Positions 51,306 to 60,783 of a stretch of 64,000 nt of DNA are shown piece after piece; position 1 is the stretch's first letter; every line of letters begins with the position of its first letter. The DNA comes from Candidatus Woesearchaeota archaeon. Lineage in GTDB: Archaea > Nanobdellota > Nanobdellia > Pacearchaeales > GW2011-AR1. The stretch is from assembly GCA_964527365.1 (NCBI GenBank), contig CAZGQV010000003.1, forward strand, positions 8,668 to 72,667, read 5' to 3'. The translations under genes and the position numbers were made by a program. Under the pieces are notes generated by a model. It ran no database searches. It saw only the letters and a list, made by a program, of their open reading frames with translations, and had not been told where the DNA came from.

Positions 51306-52292
51306 TCATTCCCTCCAACTAACTTCGACTTGATCAGTTCTTTCACGTGGCCGAATATCCAAAACTTCATCTTCTGCATAATTAAAACCAATTCCAGAAT
51401 TAAACATAATTTCCCCCAAGAAAGCAATCATCGCACCATTGTCAACAAGCAAAGATCGAGTAGGAACAAAAAACTTAGCTCCCCTCTCTTCACACATAAT
51501 TTTAGTCATCTCTTGTAAACGAGAATTACAAGCAACCCCTCCCCCCAAAAGTAACTGCTCTTTTCCAACATGCGCTAAAGCTCTTTCGGCAGTTTCTAAA
51601 AGCATTGCAAAAACAGTTTCCTGCATTGAATAAGCCAAATCTTTAAGTTCAAATCCCTTTGAAAGTTTCTGACGAAGATTAGTCAAAATTCCAGAAAAAG
51701 CAACATCCATTCCTTTTACTGAATAGGGAAGTTCAACATAATTTCCTCCAACAGCTTCCTTTTCAATCTTCGGTCCTCCTGGAAACCCGAGTCCCGCATA
51801 ACGGGCAAAATTATCAATAAAATTTCCCACACCAACATCCAAGGTTTCCCCAAAAACACGATATTTGCCTGCCGCATATGCAATCACTTGAGTATTGGCA
51901 CCACTACAATAAAGCAAAACAGGGTCAGTTGCACCAGTCACACGACCAACCTCTAAATGTGCAACACAATGATTAACCGGAACAAGTTTCTTCCCCAATT
52001 TTTTACCTAATTTTTTAGCAAACTTCATACCTTCAATCAAACAAGGAGGTAAACCAGGTCCTCTAGAATAAGCAATAGCATCAATTTCCTCTTCCTTAAT
52101 TTTAGCTTCTTCAAGTGCTTCAGAATAAACTAGATCACAAATTTTACGATGGTGCGCAGCAGAATCCATGGGAATTATTCCCCCCGATTCTGTGGTATAC
52201 ATATCTCTCTTATTAGCAATTACTTCACCATCTCGAACAACACCAATTCCAAAAGTATGTGCAGTTGATTCAATTCCAAGTATTATTGTCAT
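51306..52292 (-). CDS. kae1: tRNA N6-adenosine threonylcarbamoyltransferase Kae1 (KEOPS catalytic subunit), stand-alone
   Basis: ILGIESTAHTFGIGV...the metal-binding HCVAHL region...GGGVACNSRL. 328 aa. Confidence 0.9.
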   Translation of the reverse strand: MTIILGIESTAHTFGIGVVRDGEVIANKRDMYTTESGGIIPMDSAAHHRKICDLVYSEALEEAKIKEEEIDAIAYSRGPGLPPCLIEGMKFAKKLGKKLGKKLVPVNHCVAHLEVGRVTGATDPVLLYCSGANTQVIAYAAGKYRVFGETLDVGVGNFIDNFARYAGLGFPGGPKIEKEAVGGNYVELPYSVKGMDVAFSGILTNLRQKLSKGFELKDLAYSMQETVFAMLLETAERALAHVGKEQLLLGGGVACNSRLQEMTKIMCEERGAKFFVPTRSLLVDNGAMIAFLGEIMFNSGIGFNYAEDEVLDIRPRERTDQVEVSWRE

Positions 52293-52326
52293 AAAAATAA
52301 ATCAAAACAGAAATATATAAAATTAA

Positions 52327-53184
52327 CTAACTAAACTTTTTAATAGAATTCTTCAAAATTTTAATATCCTTCTTCAATCTTTCTTCTTCAACAAGATTTA
52401 ATTTAACATCTTTAATTCCCACCACTTTTCCAGCCTTAATATAAAAAGGTAAACCAATAGAAACTTCTTTTATTCCATAAAAAGGTTTTTCCAATCTTGC
52501 AGAAGTATAAATTAATTCTTTTTTTCCAGAAATAAATTTCTCCAAATATTTTTTAAATTCATTTTCATAAACTGGATAAGGTAATCCTTTTTTACGAATA
52601 TATTTCAAAAGAAGTATATCTACTTTTTTACATAATTTATCATAATCTTTATTCTTTTTTAAATCAAGAAGAGGAATTGTTTTCCCGTGAATTCCTATAA
52701 CTGATATTCTCTTCCCAAGATATTTTGAATATCTACCTATATCCAACTGCAATCCGAATCCAAAAATTTTCTTTCTGGGAAGTTTCTTTTTCAAATAATT
52801 TTCAATTCCATCAACTGGATTCGTCATTAAAATAATTTTTGTTTTCAAAGGGAGTTTCTTAAAAAAAGGTATTAATTTTTTAATTGCCAACAAATTAATT
52901 TCGAGTTCCCTTTGTCTGATTTCATAAGTATTTTTACTTTTTTTAATATTTTTCTTCCTTTCTTTAAATGGAACAGCACACAAAGTTACAATAACATAAT
53001 CAAAATTCAAAAATTGACCTTCCTTAAAAGCTTCTACTTTTTTTCCTCCAATCTCTTTAACTGCACGAATAGAACTTTTCAATGTTCTATTCATAACATA
53101 AACTTTAGAAATCTCCTTTATTTTAGCAATTCCTCGAGCAACAGATTGTCCTGTTCCCCCAGCACCAACAATTAAACACCTCAT
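52327..53184 (-). CDS. L-lactate/malate dehydrogenase family protein (divergent)
   Basis: N-terminal Rossmann IVGAGGTG, ILMTNPVD (LDH/MDH hallmark), IGIHGKT (IGEHGDS-like), and a substrate loop LQLDIGRY. Confidence 0.5.
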   Translation of the reverse strand: MRCLIVGAGGTGQSVARGIAKIKEISKVYVMNRTLKSSIRAVKEIGGKKVEAFKEGQFLNFDYVIVTLCAVPFKERKKNIKKSKNTYEIRQRELEINLLAIKKLIPFFKKLPLKTKIILMTNPVDGIENYLKKKLPRKKIFGFGLQLDIGRYSKYLGKRISVIGIHGKTIPLLDLKKNKDYDKLCKKVDILLLKYIRKKGLPYPVYENEFKKYLEKFISGKKELIYTSARLEKPFYGIKEVSIGLPFYIKAGKVVGIKDVKLNLVEEERLKKDIKILKNSIKKFS

Positions 53185-53394
53185 ACTTGAATAAACAAAA
53201 ATTAACTATATAAAATTAACTTTTGAAAAATTAGATTCTCCTTCCTAAATCACCTCTTCCGACATTTTACACACAGAAACTTTTCCAAGGGTTTTCTGAA
53301 TTCTTGGAAATGTCGTATGAGAACTTCAACCACTCCCTTTCACCCAGAACAAAAACATAAAAAAATAAAAAAATTATTTATAAAAAACGTAAGA

Positions 53395-53787
53395 TTACCT
53401 TCGTTTCTTTTTAACTACTTTCTTCTTGACAGCTTTTCTCTTAACTACTTTCTTTTTAACAACCTTCTTTTTCACAGCAGCTTTTCTCTTAACTACTTTG
53501 TTTTTAACAACCTTCTTTTTAACAACCTTCTTTTTCACAGCAGCTTTTCTCTTAACTACTTTGTTTTTAACAACCTTCTTTTTAACAACCTTCTTTTTCA
53601 CAGGTTTCTTCTTAGTAGCTTTCTTCTTTTTACCACCTCTAGCCATTTTAGCTTCACATACATTTCCTTTTCCGTCAACGTAATAAAGATGTCCTGGCTT
53701 TCTGTCAACAACATTTTTAACAATTATTTTTCCCATTATTAACTTCCTCCTTTTTACTAACTTATTTTTATGTTCCATAAAGAACAT
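53395..53787 (-). CDS. Lys/Val-rich tandem-repeat protein with a small N-terminal globular domain (putative nucleic-acid-binding or chromatin-like protein)
   Basis: N-terminus MGKIIVKNVVDRKPGHLYYVDGKGNVCEAKMARGG, followed by (KKKVVKKKVVKNKVVKRKAAV)n. This is encoded by a perfect 63-bp tandem DNA repeat. Confidence 0.5.
   Translation of the reverse strand: MFFMEHKNKLVKRRKLIMGKIIVKNVVDRKPGHLYYVDGKGNVCEAKMARGGKKKKATKKKPVKKKVVKKKVVKNKVVKRKAAVKKKVVKKKVVKNKVVKRKAAVKKKVVKKKVVKRKAVKKKVVKKKRR
53410..53615. repeat. 63-bp perfect tandem repeat (2 full copies at 53473..53535 and 53536..53598, plus flanking partial copies) inside a CDS
   Basis: Unit cacagcagcttttctcttaactactttgtttttaacaaccttctttttaacaaccttcttttt. 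It contains 15-bp sub-repeats aacaaccttcttttt. Confidence 0.9.
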
Positions 53788-53814
53788 TAAATATACAATA
53801 ATTATACAAAATAC

Positions 53815-54174
53815 CTATTTAAATGTTTCTTCCTCGTCGATAAGATTCAAAACCTCGTCGTATTCCTGCTTAATTGGAATTTCAATTAATTTCGTAAATT
53901 TTCTCGACGGTAAAATGTTAAAAGAAAAAGGCTTAACTTTTTTTATGCTTACTACTTTTTCATTTTCATCTAACCAAATAACAAAAAAATCATAAAAAAC
54001 AAACAAAGAATGTATCGCCATTTTTAGGGGTTTATCAAAAGAGAACAGTAGAGCTTTTGCGTTTTTTTTTCTGGAAAACATAAGTCCAATACCTTCAAAC
54101 CACCAAGGAACTACCTTAACTTTAATTTTTATTTTTTTATTTTTGTAATTGAAACCAATTAATTTTTGTATCAT
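53815..54174 (-). CDS. DUF192 (COG1430) family protein
   Basis: WWFEGIGLMFSRKKN...LLFSF...MAIHSLFVFYDFFVIWLDENEKVV fits the DUF192 pattern. Confidence 0.5.
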   Translation of the reverse strand: MIQKLIGFNYKNKKIKIKVKVVPWWFEGIGLMFSRKKNAKALLFSFDKPLKMAIHSLFVFYDFFVIWLDENEKVVSIKKVKPFSFNILPSRKFTKLIEIPIKQEYDEVLNLIDEEETFK

Positions 54175-54541
54175 TTTTTCTACATCCCAAATAAACCACG
54201 TAACATTTATTTACATTTTTATCTGTAACCACGTCGTGGTGCTTAAAGCCCCCTCCAAAACTTTCTGGAATATGCATCAATTCATGAATCACAACTTTAA
54301 CTTTTTCTTCAGTAGACATAATATTAAATTTTTCACCTAAAAACTCAAGAGCATAAAATGCATCCACACCCATTGCCAACTGCATTAATTTGCCCAATGC
54401 ATGGCACCTTGCAATAGTTTGTTTTGTTGAAGAACCATAACTTCTAAAACATTTTATTCTATCAATTTTTACATGAGGAAAAACTCGCCTAGAAACATCT
54501 TCTGCTAACACTTGTAAACTTGGAGAAAATTCATATTTCAT
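54137..54541 (-). CDS. predicted zinc metallopeptidase-like protein (HExxH)
   Basis: VIHELMHIPESFGGGFKHHD, a zincin-like motif in a 134-aa protein. It overlaps the DUF192 start by 38 nt. Confidence 0.4.
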   Translation of the reverse strand: MKYEFSPSLQVLAEDVSRRVFPHVKIDRIKCFRSYGSSTKQTIARCHALGKLMQLAMGVDAFYALEFLGEKFNIMSTEEKVKVVIHELMHIPESFGGGFKHHDVVTDKNVNKCYVVYLGCRKNDTKINWFQLQK

Positions 54542-54574
54542 AAAGAATAAAAAGAACTATCCATTTTAAACATT

Positions 54575-55111
54575 ATGATAACAAAAATAACTCCCAAAAT
54601 AACCTCCTTTGAATTTAAAAATTTTGGATCAATCGTTTACTTAATTCAATTAAAAAACCAAAACATCTTGATAGATACATCAAGTAAAGAAAATAAAGAA
54701 GAACTTCTCTCCGCCCTCTCTTCACTTAATCTTAAAACAGAAAACATCACAACAATAATTTTAACACATGGACATTACGATCACATAGAAAATATTAATC
54801 TCTTCACAAAAGCTAAAATATATTCTGATGCAAAAGAAGCAATAATGTACAATAACAACATAATTGATTTCTCTAAAGTTCTACCAATAAATGAACAACC
54901 AATTAAAGAATTTGAAATTTACAAAACCCCTGGCCACACAAACGGAGATATTGTAATTCTTTACAAAAACATCCTATTCAGTGGAGATGTAATTTTTCAC
55001 AACGGGTACATTGGAAGAACTGATCTTCCAGAAAGCGATCAAGAACAAATGCAAAAATCTCTTGATTTTATAAAAAACTTAAAATTTGATATTTTATGTC
55101 CTGGACATTAA
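54575..55111 (+). CDS. metallo-beta-lactamase-fold hydrolase
   Basis: The signature THGHYDH, with downstream TPGHTNGD and HNG motifs. Confidence 0.7.
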   Translation: MITKITPKITSFEFKNFGSIVYLIQLKNQNILIDTSSKENKEELLSALSSLNLKTENITTIILTHGHYDHIENINLFTKAKIYSDAKEAIMYNNNIIDFSKVLPINEQPIKEFEIYKTPGHTNGDIVILYKNILFSGDVIFHNGYIGRTDLPESDQEQMQKSLDFIKNLKFDILCPGH

Positions 55112-55181
55112 TGTCCATAATTCTCGCACCCTCTGATATCCGGGCCATTAAATTTAAATATTCCTTCCAACATAAAAAATA

Positions 55182-55502
55182 ATGGGAAAAAATTCTTCAA
55201 AAAAATTAGAACAAAGATTAGAAAAATTATTTGATTTAAAGAAAAAATATCCCTCTCTAAATTACATCCCAACATTAAATAACATATTAGAAGATTCAAA
55301 AAATCTTCATCCTCCTGAAAAAGAAGAATTTATTTATTATTTAATACCAAAAATATCTGAACTATATCAAACATTACAATGCCACAAAGAAACAGGAGAC
55401 ATAAAAGAATTTAAAAAAATAAAAAAACAACCAACAAAAAAATATTCAAAAATAATTAAATCAACCAATAAACAAGAATTAGCTGATGACATAATATACT
55501 AA
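55182..55502 (+). CDS. hypothetical protein
   Basis: 106-aa ORF. Confidence 0.3.
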   Translation: MGKNSSKKLEQRLEKLFDLKKKYPSLNYIPTLNNILEDSKNLHPPEKEEFIYYLIPKISELYQTLQCHKETGDIKEFKKIKKQPTKKYSKIIKSTNKQELADDIIY

Positions 55503-55687
55503 TCCTCCTTTTCTAAAATTTATCCTAAGCATCATTCTTAGCCCAGGAATAAAATCTATTATCCATTGCCGCTGGCAGATATTAACAGTTCAACTTCTTA
55601 CAAAAGATAACATCAATTTATTGTCTTGCCATAGGTCATTAACTTTTTTCTTATTAATTCTAGCATTAGCTAGCAATTCTTTAAAAA

Positions 55688-56098
55688 TTATTCTTCATCT
55701 TCTTCTTTTTCAACTACTTCATGTCTTCCAGTCTTGAAAACTTTTTCAATATATTCATCAACATCTTCCATACTATTAAAACGATATAATTCTTCATACT
55801 TATTATGCTGCGGACATTGATCAATAGTAAAATCTTTACAAATTTGGGGTCGTAAAACTTCAGAATTTTTTACAAAACCTTCATGAATAGAACATTTTTC
55901 CCCATCCAAATATTTACAAGGAGTAATAAATTCAATATTCCAAACCCCATCCTCTTCAACATAAACAGAAATATTTTCGTGAGCCAAATACCATCGAATA
56001 TTTTGGAAATCTTCAAGTTCTTCAGGACAATCTAATTCCATTGCAACATATTTACAACACTTAGCTCCACAACTATTACAACTTTTATTTATGTTCAT
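55688..56098 (-). CDS. YkgJ-family (UPF0153) Cys-rich zinc/iron-chelating domain protein
   Basis: CNSCGAKCCKY...C...C, a Cys pattern typical of PF03692. Confidence 0.45.
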   Translation of the reverse strand: MNINKSCNSCGAKCCKYVAMELDCPEELEDFQNIRWYLAHENISVYVEEDGVWNIEFITPCKYLDGEKCSIHEGFVKNSEVLRPQICKDFTIDQCPQHNKYEELYRFNSMEDVDEYIEKVFKTGRHEVVEKEEDEE

Positions 56099-56133
56099 GA
56101 CGAGAAAAAGAATAAATTAATTTTTAAATGTAC

Positions 56134-57318
56134 CTATTTAATTAGAATTTCTATGGCATCTCTTGGCTGTAATTTGTATTCTTTTCCCAAAATTCTTTTT
56201 GTTTTTGCATTTATAGCTTTAATAAAATTATTTCCAAAATCTGTATGCAAAAAGAAAGCAAAATCTAAAGCAGTTGAACCAGGTGGCAATAAAAAACAAT
56301 CTGGAAGAATATTTCCTTTACTATCTCCTAATTTATTTGCAGAAGCAGGAAAAATTGGAAGATATCCAAGTAAATCAAAAACTGTAATATTTAAAATTTC
56401 TTGAACCCCTGTTCCTTTTTCATATTTAGTCAAAACATTTTCTTTAATTTTATTTAATGCTTCTAACTGCTTAGGATTCAAATCTTTTAAAATTTTAAAA
56501 TCTCGTTCTCCAGGAATATATTCAATCATTTCTGCTTTTGCTGCTTGTCTTAAAGCTAATTCAGAATCAGCCGAACAAGGAATAATAATTAAATCTGGAA
56601 ATTCTTTTTTTATTCTTTCATAATTATCTTTACCTTCTAAAATATCAATTTTATTTGCAGCAATAATCATGGGTTTAGAAATGCTTCTCAATCCAGTTGC
56701 AAATTTTATTAATTCCTCGTCTGACCAAGAACTGCATTTTCCAGGAAGATTCAATTTTAATAAAACACTAGTTATCTGATCCTCACTAATTTTTAATCCA
56801 GAAAATTGTTTATAAACAGCCCCACTTAACTTACGCCCCTCCATATCAACTTTTCTAGAAAAAGTTGGCCAAGCTTTCATTAAAATATTATAATACCATT
56901 TATTAAGTTCATCTTCTAAAAACCGAATATCTTCTGCCGGATCATGATCTTCCACAGGTTTACCTTCAATGTCTGTAGTTCCAGAAATATCCACAATATG
57001 AATAAAAGCATTAGCCTCACGTAAATCATTCAAGAATTGGTTTCCAAGCCCTTTCCCTTCGCTAGCTCCAGGAACAAGTCCCGCAACGTCCATTAAATCA
57101 ATTGGAACAAATCTATTCCCCTTAATACAAAAACCATGATTAGGATTACATTTTGTATTAAATTCTTCTTCAATACATTTAACCTTAACATAAGCAACTC
57201 CATGATTCGCTTTAATTGTTGTAAAAGGATAAGAAGCTATTTCTACTTCAGCTAAAGTTGCAGCTTTAAAAAAAGTTGATTTTCCTACTGAAGGTTTTCC
57301 CACAAGTCCAATTAACAT
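56134..57318 (-). CDS. Obg-like GTPase of the YchF/OLA1/Ygr210 family
   Basis: G1 GLVGKPSVGKST and G2 FTTI near the N-terminus. The central region has a DVAG-type G3. A TGS-like C-terminus follows. 394 aa. Confidence 0.7.
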   Translation of the reverse strand: MLIGLVGKPSVGKSTFFKAATLAEVEIASYPFTTIKANHGVAYVKVKCIEEEFNTKCNPNHGFCIKGNRFVPIDLMDVAGLVPGASEGKGLGNQFLNDLREANAFIHIVDISGTTDIEGKPVEDHDPAEDIRFLEDELNKWYYNILMKAWPTFSRKVDMEGRKLSGAVYKQFSGLKISEDQITSVLLKLNLPGKCSSWSDEELIKFATGLRSISKPMIIAANKIDILEGKDNYERIKKEFPDLIIIPCSADSELALRQAAKAEMIEYIPGERDFKILKDLNPKQLEALNKIKENVLTKYEKGTGVQEILNITVFDLLGYLPIFPASANKLGDSKGNILPDCFLLPPGSTALDFAFFLHTDFGNNFIKAINAKTKRILGKEYKLQPRDAIEILIK

Positions 57319-57346
57319 ATTAAAGAAATAAAATAAGAGTTTTTAA

Positions 57347-58828
<1,482 letters not shown>

Positions 58829-58865
58829 TAAAATAATAAAGAAATATTCTTTTTAATAGTTACTT

Positions 58866-59453
58866 TTAACAACTTTCACCTGAAGAAATTCCTCTAAAAG
58901 AAAGTGTGTTATTATAATCTCCAGAAGGTTGAGCCGCAGGAATATCTAACCAAAACCTATAATAATTATTAGACGCGGGATTAATATTTTGTCCACATTT
59001 AACAGAACTTAAAGTGAAAGCTGTTTCATTTGATATAGAAGGCAAAGTCATATTTGATTCATTTGAACAACTATATGATTCATTTCCTAATTCTAAAACA
59101 TCTAAATATTGATTAGTTAACGCTGTATTCGCCCGAAGACAAAAATCAACAGCAGTATTTCCATCAGAAGAAACTAAAATATAATAATTAGTCAAATTAT
59201 TGGTCACATTATAATTTTCTGAACCATTTATATTTGATACGGGTAAAATACTAACATTTCCAAATAAAATTCCATTAGATAATGCTGGACTAAATTCTAT
59301 AGAAATTGATTTTGAAATTGTAACATTGGAATAAACATCTCCCTCAACAACATTTCCCTGTATAAAAAAATTATTTTCTAAAAAAAGAAAACTAATTGCA
59401 AAAACTAAAATAATTATCATTATAACAGTAAATGAATTAAAATTCCTCTCCAT
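58866..59453 (-). CDS. small secreted protein, paralog A of a surface-protein family sharing a conserved C-terminal module
   Basis: N-terminal hydrophobic segment MERNFNSFTVIMIIILVFAISFLFLENN. The C-terminus is NYYRFWLDIPAAQPSGDYNNTLSFRGISSGESC. Confidence 0.45.
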   Translation of the reverse strand: MERNFNSFTVIMIIILVFAISFLFLENNFFIQGNVVEGDVYSNVTISKSISIEFSPALSNGILFGNVSILPVSNINGSENYNVTNNLTNYYILVSSDGNTAVDFCLRANTALTNQYLDVLELGNESYSCSNESNMTLPSISNETAFTLSSVKCGQNINPASNNYYRFWLDIPAAQPSGDYNNTLSFRGISSGESC

Positions 59454-59466
59454 AATAATTAGATAC

Positions 59467-60102
59467 CTATTTCCTTTTTTTAATTTTCTTTTTAAAAGTT
59501 CTTTTAGTAAATTTTCTTTTATTCAAAATATTAACTAAAAGTAAAATTCCAGCAATTAAAGCAATTGCGAGATAAACAAGACTATAATTTCTTTTGTGAG
59601 CAATACATTGAACTTTAATATTAATTGGTGCAGAAACAGACATTTGTGTTTTTGATCCACCACTTCCACCCTTTACCACTTCTTCCTCAGTTAATTCAAT
59701 TACTTCTACTTCTCCCTTAAAATTTTGCATTTCTTCAAGACAATCTTGTTTACAAATTAAAAAACCAAATAATGCACAATCTTTTTCATAAACAGTTGGA
59801 GTTTTAAAACAAAATGTAACAGGCATAGCTTCTTCACTAGATGTTTCTGCAGGTACAAACTTTGTTTCAGCTTCAGCAGAATCTAAAATATTTAATAATT
59901 CATCAGAGAGTTGAATTTGAACATATGAATCTTCTGGCCAAGGATTATAAACTTTATATGTTAAACAAGTTTTTGTTCCTTCAGGTACTAAACTTGATTC
60001 TCTATCCCAACTAATTCCAACACCAGCCGACACCATTGGTAAAACCAGCATAGCTATAAAAATAAATCCCACTATTCCCCTCATTTTTTTATTACACCTC
60101 AT
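59467..60102 (-). CDS. membrane-anchored secreted protein (signal peptide, Cys-containing ectodomain, C-terminal TM and poly-basic tail)
   Basis: GIVGFIFIAMLVLPMVSA signal. The C-terminus is LVYLAIALIAGILLLVNILNKRKFTKRTFKKKIKKRK. Confidence 0.4.
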   Translation of the reverse strand: MRCNKKMRGIVGFIFIAMLVLPMVSAGVGISWDRESSLVPEGTKTCLTYKVYNPWPEDSYVQIQLSDELLNILDSAEAETKFVPAETSSEEAMPVTFCFKTPTVYEKDCALFGFLICKQDCLEEMQNFKGEVEVIELTEEEVVKGGSGGSKTQMSVSAPINIKVQCIAHKRNYSLVYLAIALIAGILLLVNILNKRKFTKRTFKKKIKKRK

Positions 60103-60136
60103 TTTTTTAATAATTGATTCTCTTTAATAAATTTAA

Positions 60137-60778
60137 TTAACATGAAAGTCCAGTTGTTACTCCCTTGAATGATACTGAATTATTATAATCTCCCGAAGGC
60201 TGTGCTGCAGAAATATCTAACCAAAATCTGTAATAATTATATCCTGCAGGAGCAATACTATTTCCTGATTTAACATAACTTGTCGTCATTGAAACTTGAT
60301 TCGCTAATTCGGGAACGGTGACACTAGTAGTTGTAGCATTACTATATGTTTCATTTCCAAGTCCAATAACCTCTAAAGCAAGACTTGTTAAACCAGCATT
60401 TGCTTTTGTACAAAAATCTATATTTGTGTTGCTATCAGCAGAAACAATTGTACAATAAGTTGTTGCACTAGAAGCTCCATCATAGTCATGTGTTGCATTA
60501 ATATTATTGGCAGGCAATGTATCTACACTACCAAAATAAATACCTTCACTTAAATTAGTGCAAAAATTTATTGCTAAATATTTTTCAATTGTAACATTTG
60601 AAGTTGTACTTCCTTCAGTCGCATGACCTGTAATTGCATTTACATTTTCAAAAAATAAAAATACTAAAGAAAGAACTAATACTGCAATTAAAATTACTTT
60701 GTACCAATTTTTTTCCCTTTCCATTAACCTTTTCACATGATGATTATTTATAAATGTTTTTGATTTGCAGAACTCCAA
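60137..60778 (-). CDS. small secreted protein, paralog B of the same family
   Basis: It aligns over its whole length with 58866..59453 (SNVTI.K...FG.V..LP.NIN...IVSADSNT.IDFC.KANA.LT...L..LGNETYS...). The C-terminus is YNYYRFWLDISAAQPSGDYNNSVSFKGVTTGLSC. Confidence 0.45.
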   Translation of the reverse strand: MEFCKSKTFINNHHVKRLMEREKNWYKVILIAVLVLSLVFLFFENVNAITGHATEGSTTSNVTIEKYLAINFCTNLSEGIYFGSVDTLPANNINATHDYDGASSATTYCTIVSADSNTNIDFCTKANAGLTSLALEVIGLGNETYSNATTTSVTVPELANQVSMTTSYVKSGNSIAPAGYNYYRFWLDISAAQPSGDYNNSVSFKGVTTGLSC

Positions 60779-60783
60779 TTTAA

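Noticed and set aside
53317-53742. Two plus-strand ORFs (141 aa and 85 aa) over the 63-bp tandem repeat
   Set aside because: They read the same repeat in other frames and give L/F/N- or T/F-rich low-complexity proteins. The minus-strand frame yields a coherent globular N-domain plus a basic tail with a proper start, so it was preferred, though this is not proven.
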